Made by a program: the position numbers and the translations under genes. A stretch of 64,000 bases of DNA from Candidatus Omnitrophota bacterium (GTDB taxonomy: Bacteria > Omnitrophota > Gorgyraeia > Tantalellales > Tantalellaceae): assembly GCA_014728075.1 (NCBI GenBank), contig WJMG01000008.1, positions 15,229-79,228 of the forward strand. The letters are read 5' to 3'. Positions 44,971-54,446 of the stretch are shown here, in pieces. Position 1 is the stretch's first letter. Each line of letters begins with the position of its first letter. The notes under the pieces were generated by a model. The model searched no databases, was not told the origin of the DNA, and saw nothing but the letters and a program-made list of their open reading frames with translations.

Positions 44971-45030
44971 TGTACCGGGTACCGCCTTAGCTTTGTACCC
45001 GGTACAGAGCCGAGTTCGTACCTGTCCCCC
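44971..45030. repeat. GTAC-rich REP-like element, composite copy 4
   Basis: TTGTACCGGGTACCGCCTTAGCTTTGTACCCGGTACAGagccgagttcGTACCTGTCCCCCC contains both forward core and reverse-form end. Confidence 0.6.
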
Positions 45031-45183
45031 CGGCCTCTATGCGCGGCACCGATACGCGGCTAATTCCTTAGTTGGCAGCTTATGTCTGATGTCTGACAGC
45101 TAGTATAGGAACAAGGCGAACTTATACTTGACTTTTTTAGTCAGGTATAATATTCTAAACATTCAGTGGAGACGAGCGTTTAG

Positions 45184-45284
45184 GTAAAAAGTAAAAAGGC
45201 AAAAGGTAAAAGGTAAGGAATTTTTAGTATTTAATTCTGTAAATACATATATTTTCTACTTTTCACTTTTAACTTTTTACTTAA
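45184..45284. repeat. stutter-repeat long imperfect hairpin (GTAAAAAG/GCAAAAG heptamers and their complement)
   Basis: gtaaaaagtaaaaaggcaaaaggtaaaaggtaagg ... cttttcacttttaactttttac; arms are reverse complements separated by ~40 nt AT-rich loop. Confidence 0.75.
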
Positions 45285-45306
45285 AAGGTTGGATGAGGAG
45301 GAAACA

Positions 45307-45525
45307 ATGGAAGACCAGGTAAAGACAGCTATAGAGAAAATAAGGCCGTTACTCCAGAGGGACGGAGGGGATATTGAATTCGTCGAGATGGACGGCGCGG
45401 TAGTGAAAGTAAAACTCCAGGGAGCCTGCGGGTCGTGCCCGATGGCCCAGATGACCCTCAAGGGAGTCGTCGAGCAGACATTGAAACAGGAAGTCCCCGG
45501 GGTAGAGAAAGTTGAGACGGTGTAG
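45307..45525 (+). CDS. NifU-like (Nfu-type) Fe-S cluster assembly domain protein
   Basis: GGDIEFVEMDGAVVKVKLQGACGSCP CxxC Nfu signature; 72 aa from ATG 45307 (ORF open from 45289). Confidence 0.75.
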   Translation: MEDQVKTAIEKIRPLLQRDGGDIEFVEMDGAVVKVKLQGACGSCPMAQMTLKGVVEQTLKQEVPGVEKVETV

Positions 45526-45612
45526 TATAGCGTGTAGCGTACAGCGTTTAGCGTTTATTTTTATACGCTGTACCCTGTATGCTGTACGCTGAATTTGCCC
45601 GAAGGGCAAAAG
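45526..45612. repeat. stutter-repeat hairpin (AGCGTAC family) plus small GCCCGAAGGGC hairpin after nfu
   Basis: tagcgtgtagcgtacagcgtttagcg ... cgctgtaccctgtatgctgtacgct inverted arms; tttGCCCGAAGGGCaaa identical core to 38428-38443. Confidence 0.75.
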
Positions 45613-45619
45613 GAACCCC

Positions 45620-46081
45620 ATGATCCTCACAACAAGGTCTTCATACGGAGTGCGAGCGCTTATAAATGTGGCCATACTGCACCAGTCGGGTAAGCCCGTA
45701 TCGGTGAGAACGGTTGCCCGGGAAGAAGGCATTTCGGAGATATATCTAGAACAGATATTCAATTGCCTAAAGAAACGGGGCATCCTAAAGGCTACCCGCG
45801 GACCCAGGGGAGGGTACGCCCTCGCGTCCGATCCGGCGGAGATAACGGTCTACGATGTGGTCATGGCCCTTGAAGAGAGCCTCGCGCCGGGGAAATGCTC
45901 CGGAAGATCGGGAGAATGCTGTGAGAAGGCTTCCCGCTGCGTTTCCAAGGAAGTCTGGGACGCGGTCGAGAATAATGTTAAGAAAACCCTTATGGGGTAT
46001 ACACTTAAGTCGCTCGCTGAGAGGGCTGTCGAGGTCAATCCGTGCAGGGAGGCAAAGGTGAAACTGTTCGAATCACGATAA
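45620..46081 (+). CDS. Rrf2 family transcriptional regulator (IscR-like, with Cys ligands)
   Basis: N-terminal wHTH typical of Rrf2 (SYGVRALINVA...VSVRTVAREEGISEIYLEQIF), Cys residues at CSGRSGECC...C for cluster binding. Confidence 0.8.
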   Translation: MILTTRSSYGVRALINVAILHQSGKPVSVRTVAREEGISEIYLEQIFNCLKKRGILKATRGPRGGYALASDPAEITVYDVVMALEESLAPGKCSGRSGECCEKASRCVSKEVWDAVENNVKKTLMGYTLKSLAERAVEVNPCREAKVKLFESR

Positions 46082-46186
46082 AAGGGGAAAGCGGGTTCTT
46101 GCTCTTTGTAAAAATAATATTACTATTCTTATTAAAAAGTACATACAATAAGCGATATTTGGTGTATAATATCACACAAAGAAAAA

Positions 46187-46753
46187 GTGGAAGACATTAA
46201 ACTGAAAAAGAAGGAGATAAGGGAAAAGATAATCAGGCGTTTGCGGGAGCAGGAGCCCTCGCTGAGAAAGGAGAAAAGCAGGACCATACAGGAAAAACTT
46301 CTTTCTTCAGAGGAATTCAGGCTTGCACAGACGGTGATGACATATGTCGCCATGCCTGCGGAGGTGGATACGCTTTATTTCATCGAAGAGGCATTGCGGC
46401 TGGGAAAAAAGTTAGTAGCTCCATATGTTATTTCAGACACAGGGGATATGATCGCTTCGGAGCTTACGACAATAGATGACCTGAAAGAAGGGCCTTTCGG
46501 TATACTTGAACCGGAGAACGGGCCCGAAAGAAAGATCTCGTTGAAGGAGATAGACTTGATCGTTGTGCCGGGGGTGGCTTTTGACAAAAAGAACATGAGG
46601 CTAGGAAGAGGAAAGGGGTATTACGACCGCTTCCTTTCGTGTTCCCAGCTCGCTTCCGTACCGGCGGTAGGCCTTGCCTTCGACTTCCAGATGGTCGATT
46701 CCCTGCCCGCGGGCCCGCACGACAGGCCCGTATCCCGAGTCATTACCGGATGA
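46187..46753 (+). CDS. 5-formyltetrahydrofolate cyclo-ligase
   Basis: 188 aa, MTHFS family pattern (LRKEKSRTIQEKLL...VVPGVAFDKKNMRLGRGKGYYDRFL). Confidence 0.8.
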   Translation: MEDIKLKKKEIREKIIRRLREQEPSLRKEKSRTIQEKLLSSEEFRLAQTVMTYVAMPAEVDTLYFIEEALRLGKKLVAPYVISDTGDMIASELTTIDDLKEGPFGILEPENGPERKISLKEIDLIVVPGVAFDKKNMRLGRGKGYYDRFLSCSQLASVPAVGLAFDFQMVDSLPAGPHDRPVSRVITG

Positions 46754-46846
46754 CGGCCTAGCTCCGGCCGGGCAACTATTGCCTGGCCGGGAGTATTCCA
46801 TTCGTTCCTTCCGCGGCGCCATAACATAAAAAGGGAGGACCTGAAA

Positions 46847-48415
46847 ATGAACAACATGCCGATGTCGTATTTACTTTTCGCGTTCCTGGGTTGCGTTTTT
46901 TTCTTTATAATGGGATTCGTGCTCCGGCGGTACATAGCCAGCATGAAAGTGAAGAGGGCCGAGGATAAGGCCAAATCCATCATAAACGACTCCAGGGTAG
47001 AAGCGGAAAGAAGAAAGAGAGAATCAGCCCTCGAAGCGAAGGATATGCTCCTCAAGATGAGGACGGAATTCGAGGAAGAAACAAAAGAGCGGCGCAGGGA
47101 GCTGGGCGCGATGGAAAAGCGCCTAATGCAGAAAGAGGAGAACCTGGACCGCAAGGTCGAGTTCCTCGAGCAGAAACAGAAAGAAGTCGCGAAAAGCGAA
47201 TCGCAGGTAAAACAGCAGTATGACGAGGTGAACAGGAAGAAGCAGGACCTCGAGAACCTGCTGCAGCAGGAAAAAGACCGTCTTCAGGAAATATCCGGTA
47301 TGAGCAAGGAACAGGCCAAGAACCTGCTCGTACAGAAAATGGAAAGCGAAGCCAGGCAGGAAGCCGCCTATACCATCAAGCGGGTACAGGAGGAGACTAG
47401 GGATAAAGCCGATAAGGAGGCCCGCAAGATCGTGGGGCTCGCCATACAGAAATGCGCGGTGGACCACACTGTAGACACTACAGTAAGCGTGGTCAACCTG
47501 CCCTCGGAAGACATGAAGGGAAGGATCATCGGAAGGGAAGGAAGGAACATCCGGGCCCTCGAGATGGCCACGGGCGTCGATGTCATCATAGACGATACGC
47601 CGGAAGCGGTCATCATCTCGGGGTTCGACAAGTTCAGGAGGGAAATAGCCCGTATAGCGCTGGAACGCCTCCTCGAGGATGGAAGGATACACCCCGGGCG
47701 TATCGAGGAAGTGGTCGGTAAGGTAAAGAAAGAGATGGAAGCCAACATCAAGGAAGAGGGGGAGAACACCCTGCTGGACCTCGGTGTGCACGGTGTCCAC
47801 GCCGAAATAGTGAAGCTCCTGGGCCGCCTGAAGTACCGGACCAGTTACGGGCAGAATGTTCTCCAGCATTCAAAGGAGACAGCTTACCTCATGGCGGCAA
47901 TGGCCGGCGAGCTTCGGCTCGATGTGGCTCTGGCAAAAAGGATCGGCGCGCTTCACGATATCGGAAAGGCGGTTTCTCACGAGATGGAGGGGACCCACGC
48001 CAAGCTGGGGGCGGACCTCGCCAGAAAATACGGCGAACCCGATATAGTCATACACGCCATTGAGGCGCATCACGGCGATGTCGAGCCGAGGACTTTGCTT
48101 GCCGTTCTCGCCCAGGCGGCGGACGCGATCAGCGCGAGCCGTCCGGGAGCAAGGCGGGAGACCCTTGAAGCTTATGTCAAGCGCCTGGAAGAGCTTGAAG
48201 CCATAGCCAAAGAGTTCGAAGGCGTCGACAAGACATACGCCATACAGGCCGGAAGGGAGATCAGGGTGATAGTCCAGCCGGATAAGCTTGACGACGGCCA
48301 GTCGGCGGTAATGGCGCAGGAAATGAGAAAAAAGATAGAGGAAAACCTTCAGTATCCCGGGCAGATAAAAGTAGTGGTCATCCGGGAGACGAGGTCGGTG
48401 GAATACGCAAAATAA
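46847..48415 (+). CDS. rny: ribonuclease Y
   Basis: N-terminal TM helix, long coiled coil, KH domain (IIGREGRNIRALE), HD domain (HSKETAYL...HDIGK); 522 aa. Confidence 0.95.
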   Translation: MNNMPMSYLLFAFLGCVFFFIMGFVLRRYIASMKVKRAEDKAKSIINDSRVEAERRKRESALEAKDMLLKMRTEFEEETKERRRELGAMEKRLMQKEENLDRKVEFLEQKQKEVAKSESQVKQQYDEVNRKKQDLENLLQQEKDRLQEISGMSKEQAKNLLVQKMESEARQEAAYTIKRVQEETRDKADKEARKIVGLAIQKCAVDHTVDTTVSVVNLPSEDMKGRIIGREGRNIRALEMATGVDVIIDDTPEAVIISGFDKFRREIARIALERLLEDGRIHPGRIEEVVGKVKKEMEANIKEEGENTLLDLGVHGVHAEIVKLLGRLKYRTSYGQNVLQHSKETAYLMAAMAGELRLDVALAKRIGALHDIGKAVSHEMEGTHAKLGADLARKYGEPDIVIHAIEAHHGDVEPRTLLAVLAQAADAISASRPGARRETLEAYVKRLEELEAIAKEFEGVDKTYAIQAGREIRVIVQPDKLDDGQSAVMAQEMRKKIEENLQYPGQIKVVVIRETRSVEYAK

Positions 48416-48630
48416 ACGAGTACATAACTTAGCGAGCATAGCGAAGCTAAGTTATAAGCGCGAATTTATTTCGAGGAGGCCCGGAAGGACGAGGCGGCAA
48501 GCTTAGCAGGGATCGCTTCCTCGCTAACGCTTCTACCGCTTTTGCCGAGGTTTTCTGTTTCGCCGAGGCTACGCGGGAACAAGTCGGGTGACAAGGACAA
48601 TAAGGCAACAATAGAAAGATAAACAAAAAC

Positions 48631-49410
48631 ATGCGGCTACTATTCTTAGGAGACATAGTCGGATCGCCCGGAAGGGAGATAATCTCCAGAAAGCTGGGCA
48701 CTTTCCGGAAGGAACGGCAAATAGACCTCGTTGCCGCTAACGGCGAGAACGCCGCCGGCGGCAGCGGGCTGACCCCCAGAATATGCAATTCGCTTATAGA
48801 ATCCGGGGTCGATATCATAACTTCCGGGGACCACATCTGGAAGAAAAGGGAAATATACGATTACCTTGATTCGACCGACAGGCTGATAAGGCCCGCTAAT
48901 TACCCCGCGGGGGCTCCCGGCAAGGGATACACGGTGATAAAGACAGCCTCCGGTACCCTTGTGGGGGTCATAAATGTTATAGGGCGCGTTTTCATGGACG
49001 CCGTGGACTGTTCTTTCACTAAAGTAAGGGACATAGTCAAGGAGGTAAGGCGCCGGACCCCGGTAATACTGGTAGACATACACGCGGAAGCCACCAGCGA
49101 AAAGGTGGCCATGGGATGGTTCCTTGACGGTAAGGTGAGCGCTGTCGTCGGCACCCATACGCATGTCCAGACCGCGGACGAGAAGATCCTGCCGGAGGGC
49201 ACGGCCTACATCACGGACTGCGGCATGACGGGGCCACATCTTTCCGTGATAGGGAGGTCCAGAGGGCCGATAATAGAAAGGTTCCTGACGCAGCTCCCGA
49301 CGCGCTTCGAAGTGGCTTCGGAAGGTCTTGAAATGCACGGGGTGCTTATCGATATAGACGAAGGAACGGGAAAGGCCCTTAAAATAGAAAGGGTACAGGA
49401 AAAACTTTGA
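48631..49410 (+). CDS. ymdB: YmdB-type metallophosphoesterase (TIGR00282), rny-linked
   Basis: MRLLFLGDIVGSPGR start, GENAAGG motif; conserved rny-ymdB synteny. Confidence 0.9.
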   Translation: MRLLFLGDIVGSPGREIISRKLGTFRKERQIDLVAANGENAAGGSGLTPRICNSLIESGVDIITSGDHIWKKREIYDYLDSTDRLIRPANYPAGAPGKGYTVIKTASGTLVGVINVIGRVFMDAVDCSFTKVRDIVKEVRRRTPVILVDIHAEATSEKVAMGWFLDGKVSAVVGTHTHVQTADEKILPEGTAYITDCGMTGPHLSVIGRSRGPIIERFLTQLPTRFEVASEGLEMHGVLIDIDEGTGKALKIERVQEKL

Positions 49411-49415
49411 ACGAG

Positions 49416-50663
49416 ATGTCCGTTAAGGAAATTAACGCCTATACCGTAAGCGAGCTGACCAGGGAAATAAGGGTTCTCCTGGAGGACAGCCTGTCCGGTA
49501 TACGCGTGGAAGGGGAGATCTCGAATTTCAAGGTCTATACATCCGGGCACGCGTACTTCAGTCTCAAGGACGAAAAGAGCGTGCTTAACTGCGTGATGTT
49601 CAGGAGCCACGCTTCGCGGGTCAGGTTCGAACCCCGCGACGGTCTGAGCGTTCTCTGCCGCGGGAGCGTCAGCGTTTACGACAAGAGGGGACAGTACCAG
49701 CTCTATGTGGAATCCATGGAGCCTAAAGGAAAAGGGGCTCTGCAGCTGGCTTTCGAACAGCTCAAGGAAAAACTCCTGAAAGAAGGCCTCTTCGACGAGG
49801 AGAAAAAGAAAGAGATCCCCGCGCTGCCGAAACATATAGGGGTGGTGACCTCTCCTTCGGGGGCGGCGATCAGGGATATCCTCAAAGTCGTGCACCGGAG
49901 GTTCGATAACATGAGGGTCACTTTGTATCCCGTTAAGGTCCAGGGCGACGGCGCGAAAGAAGAAATAGCCGCCGGTATAAAGGCGTTCAACGCGTACAAC
50001 GAGCAAATAAAGGAACAAGAGACGGGGGAGGATCCCGTGGATGTGCTGATAACCGGAAGAGGCGGGGGGAGCCTGGAAGACCTCTGGGCCTTCAACGAGG
50101 AAACGGTCGCCAGGGCGATCTTCGATTCGGAAATACCGGTAATAAGCGCGGTGGGACACGAAGTGGACTTCACTATAGCCGATTTCGCGGCGGACCTGCG
50201 GGCGGCGACACCTTCGGCGGCGGCGGAAGTTTCCGTTCCGCTCAAGAGCGACCTGCTTGACCGGGTAGGGGAATGCAGGAAAGCGCTGGACGAAAGAGTG
50301 AGAGAGAAGATAGAGGATCTGGAAGCCGAGGTGCTGGCGCTGAGGAAAAGCTATGTCCTCAGGACGCCCGTGAACATATTTCTTCAGCTCGGCCAGCAGA
50401 TAGACGACCTGGTCTCCCGGGCCTACTCTCATACGCGCCACCTTTACAGGATGAAAGAGGGGCGGCTCTCGGGCCTCGCCGGCAAACTGCGCGCTTTAAG
50501 CCCTTTATCCGTTCTCGAAAGGGGGTACGGCATAACCTTCAAGGGAGATAAAGTTGTAAAGAAGGTCTCGTCAGTGAAAAGAGGAGATGTGATCAAGACC
50601 AGGCTTGCGGACGGTGAGATATCCAGTACCGTAGAGACGATCAAGGCCAAAAGTAACGGGTAA
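49416..50663 (+). CDS. xseA: exodeoxyribonuclease VII large subunit
   Basis: OB-fold N-terminus (RVEGEISNFK), catalytic core, C-terminal coiled coil; ORF open from TTG 49407, ATG at 49416. Confidence 0.9.
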   Translation: MSVKEINAYTVSELTREIRVLLEDSLSGIRVEGEISNFKVYTSGHAYFSLKDEKSVLNCVMFRSHASRVRFEPRDGLSVLCRGSVSVYDKRGQYQLYVESMEPKGKGALQLAFEQLKEKLLKEGLFDEEKKKEIPALPKHIGVVTSPSGAAIRDILKVVHRRFDNMRVTLYPVKVQGDGAKEEIAAGIKAFNAYNEQIKEQETGEDPVDVLITGRGGGSLEDLWAFNEETVARAIFDSEIPVISAVGHEVDFTIADFAADLRAATPSAAAEVSVPLKSDLLDRVGECRKALDERVREKIEDLEAEVLALRKSYVLRTPVNIFLQLGQQIDDLVSRAYSHTRHLYRMKEGRLSGLAGKLRALSPLSVLERGYGITFKGDKVVKKVSSVKRGDVIKTRLADGEISSTVETIKAKSNG

Positions 50664-50803
50664 AAGGCACAAAAACAGGTACTTTTCCAGGATACGGTGG
50701 AGAAAAAATAATGGAGATCTTAGGCCAGAGACTATAGGCTTCAGGTGATGAACTTAACACCTTCAGCCCTTCGTCTTTAGCCTTTATCCTAAATGGAGAC
50801 GGT

Positions 50804-51025
50804 ATGAAAGAGACGAGTTTTGAGAAAGCGCTGGAGAATCTGGAAAGAACGGTCGATGAGCTGGAGGCGGGGGAGCTTTCGCTGGACGATTCGCTTAAAA
50901 AGTACGAAGAAGGAGTGAAGCTTGCCCGGATGTGCCAGGAAAAACTGGAGAAGGCAAAGAAAAGGATAGAAAAGCTTGTAAAGGACGACGGAAAGTTCTC
51001 GACCGAACCCTTGGATGAAGAATAG
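50804..51025 (+). CDS. xseB: exodeoxyribonuclease VII small subunit
   Basis: FEKALENLERTVDELEAGELSLDDSLKKYEEGVKL signature; 73 aa. Confidence 0.9.
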   Translation: MKETSFEKALENLERTVDELEAGELSLDDSLKKYEEGVKLARMCQEKLEKAKKRIEKLVKDDGKFSTEPLDEE

Positions 51026-51026
51026 A

Positions 51027-51056
51027 TAGCGTTTAGCGGACAGCGTGTAGCGTATA
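51027..51056. repeat. stutter-repeat element (AGCGTAC family) after xseB
   Basis: tagcgtttagcggacagcgtgtagcgtata. Confidence 0.6.
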
Positions 51057-51069
51057 CCGGAGAAATACT

Positions 51070-52941
51070 ATGAGCGAGCATTTGAAGAATATCAAAGGGC
51101 CGGGAGACCTCAAGGGAATGTCCGTTCCCGAGCTGAAGGCTCTCGCGCAGGAGATAAGGGAAAGGCTGGTGGATGTCACTTCGAAAAAAGGAGGCCATCT
51201 TGCCGCGAGCCTCGGAGCGGTCGAGATAGCGATCGCTCTTCATTATACGCTTAAAAGCCCCCAAGACAAAATAGTATGGGATGTTGGACACCAGAGCTAC
51301 GCCCATAAACTTTTGACCGGCAGAGAAGAGCATTTTGACACATTACGGGAAATGGGGGGCATAAGCGGATTTCCCAAAAGGGAGGAAAGCGAACACGACA
51401 TCTTCACCTCGGGGCACGCGTCGACCTCTATCTCCTCGGCGATAGGCCTGGCACAGGCAAGGGACCTTAAAGGAGAAGACCATAAGGTAGTCGCGGTGAT
51501 CGGGGACGCGTCGCTTTCCGCGGGCCTGGCTTTCGAGGGGATGAACCACGCGGGACACACGAAGACCAATTTCGCGGTCATCCTCAACGATAACGAGCAT
51601 TCCATTTCCAAGCCGGTCGGCGCCATGTCCAGGTGCCTAAACCAGATGATATCGAATCCGCTCTATAACAGGGTGAGGGACGAGGCCGAAAAAGTGGTCA
51701 AGAGCATACCGCGGCTCGGGCCGGCCGCGGTAAAAAAGGTCAAGAAGTTCCAGGAAGGCTTAAAGAACCTTATAGTACCCGGGATACTTTTCGAGGAGCT
51801 GGGCTTCAGGTATTTCGGCCCCATAGACGGGCACGATCTCGAAGGAATGATCTCAATGTTCGGTAAGATACTTCCCATGAAAGAGCCGGTCCTCATACAT
51901 GTTATCACGAAAAAGGGGAAAGGGTATAAGTTCGCAGAGGAAGACCCGACGACTTTCCACGGTGTCGACGCTTTTGATGTGGAAGAAGGAAGCCAGGCCA
52001 GCAGCAAGAAGAAATCCTTTACAGAGCATTTCTCCGATAAGATGGCGGAACTCGGAAAGAAGAACAAGGACATAGTGGCCGTTACGGCAGCCATGCCGGG
52101 CGGTACGGGCCTTTCGGAATTCGGAAGGCTCTTTCCGGACAGAACTTACGATGTCGGCATAACCGAAGCCCATGCCGTGACCTTCGCGGCGGGACTGGCA
52201 AGGGGAGGCCTGAAACCGGTGGTCGCGGTATATTCCACATTCATGCAGAGGGCGTACGACCAGCTTATACACGATGTAGCGCTGCAGAAACTGCCGGTCG
52301 TTTTCTGTCTGGACAGAGCGGGTCTCGTGGGGAAGGACGGGCCTACGCATCACGGGGCTTTCGATCTGTCATATACAAGGAACATTCCCGGATTTACGGT
52401 AATGGCCCCCAAAGACGGCGAGGAACTCGAACAGATGCTCGAGCGTTCTTTCGAGTGGAACCGGCCGGTGGTCATAAGGTATCCGCGTGGAGAAGCTACC
52501 CAGCTTGTAAGCGCTTCTTCCTGCGCGCCGCTGGAATACGGAAAAGCCGAAAGCCTGAGGCAGGGGAAGGATTTTGCCGTAATAGCGCTGGGCTGTATGG
52601 TCAACACTTCTCTCCGGGCATGCGATATGCTTTCCGGGCAGGGTATAGAGGGAGCTGTTATAAACGCGAGGTTCGTAAAACCGCTGGACAGTGTCATGCT
52701 CGAGGAAGTCTTTCATAAGCATAAAAAGGTCTTTACGATAGAGGAAGGCGTGGCAAGCGGAGGTTTCGGCGGAGCGGTGCTCGAATTCGCCGAGAGAGAG
52801 AATATAAGCGGGGTAAAGATCAGGTGCATCGGACTGCCTGATGAATTCATCGAACACGGAAGCCAGGAAGAACTCAGGAGAAAATATCACCTTACGCCCG
52901 ACGAACTCGCGGGGGTCATTAAGAGCGAGCTCGGGAAATAG
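51070..52941 (+). CDS. dxs: 1-deoxy-D-xylulose-5-phosphate synthase
   Basis: TPP-binding GDG...N motif region, transketolase-like domains, 623 aa. Confidence 0.95.
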   Translation: MSEHLKNIKGPGDLKGMSVPELKALAQEIRERLVDVTSKKGGHLAASLGAVEIAIALHYTLKSPQDKIVWDVGHQSYAHKLLTGREEHFDTLREMGGISGFPKREESEHDIFTSGHASTSISSAIGLAQARDLKGEDHKVVAVIGDASLSAGLAFEGMNHAGHTKTNFAVILNDNEHSISKPVGAMSRCLNQMISNPLYNRVRDEAEKVVKSIPRLGPAAVKKVKKFQEGLKNLIVPGILFEELGFRYFGPIDGHDLEGMISMFGKILPMKEPVLIHVITKKGKGYKFAEEDPTTFHGVDAFDVEEGSQASSKKKSFTEHFSDKMAELGKKNKDIVAVTAAMPGGTGLSEFGRLFPDRTYDVGITEAHAVTFAAGLARGGLKPVVAVYSTFMQRAYDQLIHDVALQKLPVVFCLDRAGLVGKDGPTHHGAFDLSYTRNIPGFTVMAPKDGEELEQMLERSFEWNRPVVIRYPRGEATQLVSASSCAPLEYGKAESLRQGKDFAVIALGCMVNTSLRACDMLSGQGIEGAVINARFVKPLDSVMLEEVFHKHKKVFTIEEGVASGGFGGAVLEFAERENISGVKIRCIGLPDEFIEHGSQEELRRKYHLTPDELAGVIKSELGK

Positions 52942-52967
52942 TGCCTTTTTTGAGGAAAGTTCGTGTT

Positions 52968-53186
52968 ATGGGAAAAAAGCGGAAAATCAAAGTATACAGC
53001 GAAAAGTGCAAGGGGTGCGGCCTTTGTGTTCAGGTCTGTCCCGCGGGAGTCCTGGAGATCTCCGGGGAGATAAACCGCAAGGGCATGCCCGTTGTCAAAG
53101 TAAGGGATATAGAGAAATGCACCGGCTGCGGGCTTTGTTTTATAATGTGTCCGGATTGCGCTCTGGAGATAGTGGAAGAGGAGTAG
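52968..53186 (+). CDS. 2-oxoacid:ferredoxin oxidoreductase delta subunit (2x[4Fe-4S] ferredoxin)
   Basis: CKGCGLCVQVCP and CTGCGLCFIMCPDCA cluster motifs; GAGGAAAG RBS before ATG 52968 (ORF open from GTG 52941). Confidence 0.85.
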   Translation: MGKKRKIKVYSEKCKGCGLCVQVCPAGVLEISGEINRKGMPVVKVRDIEKCTGCGLCFIMCPDCALEIVEEE

Positions 53187-53316
53187 TGGAGTTCGTATCG
53201 AGTACCGCGGGCCGCGTATCGCGTTAAAGAATTGGCTGAGGATAGGGGCTATGCCCCGAGGCGGTACGCGATGCGCGAGACGCGGCAATAAGTAGCTGTT
53301 TAACAGCGGGAATATT

Positions 53317-54390
53317 ATGGCCAAGATCAAATATTTATCTACAGGGAACGAGGCTTGCGGAGAGGGAGCGATAAGGGCCGGATGCCGGTTTTACGCCGGG
53401 TACCCCATAACACCCCAGAACGAACTTACTGCGTATATGTCCCGGAGGATGGAAGAGGAGAAGGGAATATTCATCCAGTCCGAAAGCGAGCTGTCCGCGG
53501 TGAATATGGTCATGGGAGCGTCAGCGGCCGGAGCCAGGGCCATGACCAGTTCTTCCAGCCCCGGCATAAGCCTCAAGCAGGAAGGGATATCGTATCTTGC
53601 GGGAATGGAGCTTCCCGCGGTGATCATAAATGTAATGCGCGGCGGGCCGGGATTGGGGAACATCTCTCCCGCCCAGGGCGATTATTTTCAGTCGACGAAG
53701 GGAGGGGGCCACGGCGATTACCGCCTTATGGTATACGCGCCCTCGACCGTCCAGGAAATGTTCGAGATGACCTACCGAGCTTTCGGTAAGGCCGATAAAT
53801 ACCGGATGACGGTAATGATACTGGCCGACGGTATGCTGGGCCAGATGATGGAGCCGCTTGAGTTCGACGAGGATATAAAGCCCGAAGGCGAGACCCGAAA
53901 GCCGTGGGCAATGACCGGCGCCGAAGGCCGGGAAGCCGGCAGCGTAAAGAGCCTGTTTCTGGGAGAAGGGGTCCTGGAAGATATTAACGACAGGCTGCAG
54001 GCTAAATACAGGAAAATAGAAGCCGCCGAGTGCGAATATGAGGAATATCGCACCGAGGACGCGGAAGTGGTCATAACAGGGTACGGGACCGTGGGAAGGA
54101 TCGCGCGGTCGGCCGTAGATATGCTAAGAAGCGAAGGAGTAAAGGCCGGCCTCCTCAGGCCCGTCACCCTCTGGCCGTTCCCTTACGAGCGTCTCAGGGA
54201 ATTAAAGGGAAAAGGCGCCCGTTTTCTGGCGGTCGAGATGAGCGCGGGGCAGATGGTAGAGGATGTGAGGCTGGCCGTTCAGGACGATCCGAAAGTTTCC
54301 TTTCTCGGCAGGACCGGGGGAGGGATACCTTCGGAGGGAGAGATAGTAGAAAAGGCCAGGGAAAAGTTTACAAGTAAAAAGGAAAAGTAG
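53317..54390 (+). CDS. 2-oxoacid:ferredoxin oxidoreductase alpha subunit
   Basis: Por/Kor/Vor alpha-type domain architecture, 357 aa. Confidence 0.85.
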   Translation: MAKIKYLSTGNEACGEGAIRAGCRFYAGYPITPQNELTAYMSRRMEEEKGIFIQSESELSAVNMVMGASAAGARAMTSSSSPGISLKQEGISYLAGMELPAVIINVMRGGPGLGNISPAQGDYFQSTKGGGHGDYRLMVYAPSTVQEMFEMTYRAFGKADKYRMTVMILADGMLGQMMEPLEFDEDIKPEGETRKPWAMTGAEGREAGSVKSLFLGEGVLEDINDRLQAKYRKIEAAECEYEEYRTEDAEVVITGYGTVGRIARSAVDMLRSEGVKAGLLRPVTLWPFPYERLRELKGKGARFLAVEMSAGQMVEDVRLAVQDDPKVSFLGRTGGGIPSEGEIVEKAREKFTSKKEK

Positions 54391-54446
54391 GCCTTCGGAG
54401 GAAGAGACCTGTCTCCTCCGCCCTGTACGCTAAATATAGGAGCGAC

